Source: Macrostomum lignano
Taxonomy: Eukaryota
Assembly: GCA_002269645.1 (NCBI GenBank)
Contig: NIVC01002767.1
Span: 1-64,000 of the forward strand
Direction: 5' to 3'
DNA length: 64,000 nucleotides
The first letter of the stretch is position 1, and the number at the start of each line of letters is the position of its first letter. Made by a program: the position numbers and the translations under genes. This document shows positions 63,846 through 64,000 of the stretch, in pieces. The notes beneath the pieces are model-generated. The model did no database searches. It saw nothing but the letters and a program-made list of their open reading frames with translations, and had not been told where the DNA came from.

Positions 63846-64000
63846 GCTCCTTTTAAACCTCTGAACTTGACGCTTCAGCATTCCCTACACTATGCTTCCG
63901 CGATCCGGCTTTGCTTCATGATTTATAAAGACAGAAGACACAAGGCCGAGTTCAAAGTTGAAAGTTCAGAGAGGTCAGGGTGTATTTTGACTCGAACTCA

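Overview
Eukaryotic (animal) genomic DNA: GC-rich exons, GT-AG introns full of 19-33 bp minisatellites, and many LTR elements. The style suggests an invertebrate such as the flatworm Macrostomum, but the species is only an inference. Host genes: POLR3G/RPC7-like, ZCCHC9, G-alpha-o (7 exons, 354 aa), a 77-aa membrane protein, a TDA3-like FAD oxidoreductase, a fibrinogen-domain gene and FoxJ2/3. Mobile DNA makes up about half the window. (1) At 1-11709 is a large Ty3/Gypsy element running off the window edge. A herpes-gB-like class III fusogen sits in frame between Gag and protease/RT, and a 4.3 kb leader carries accessory ORFs on both strands; this is the top finding. (2) At 37.1-48.7 kb is a nest: an old Gypsy remnant, interrupted by a CsRn1-type Gypsy, interrupted by a CMC/EnSpm-like DNA element carrying a spliced DUF4806-like gene. 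(3) At 51287-56515 is an intact young Gypsy with identical LTRs. A roughly 8 kb block at 16.3-24.2 kb looks CpG-decayed. All family calls come from motif recognition by eye; no searches were run.
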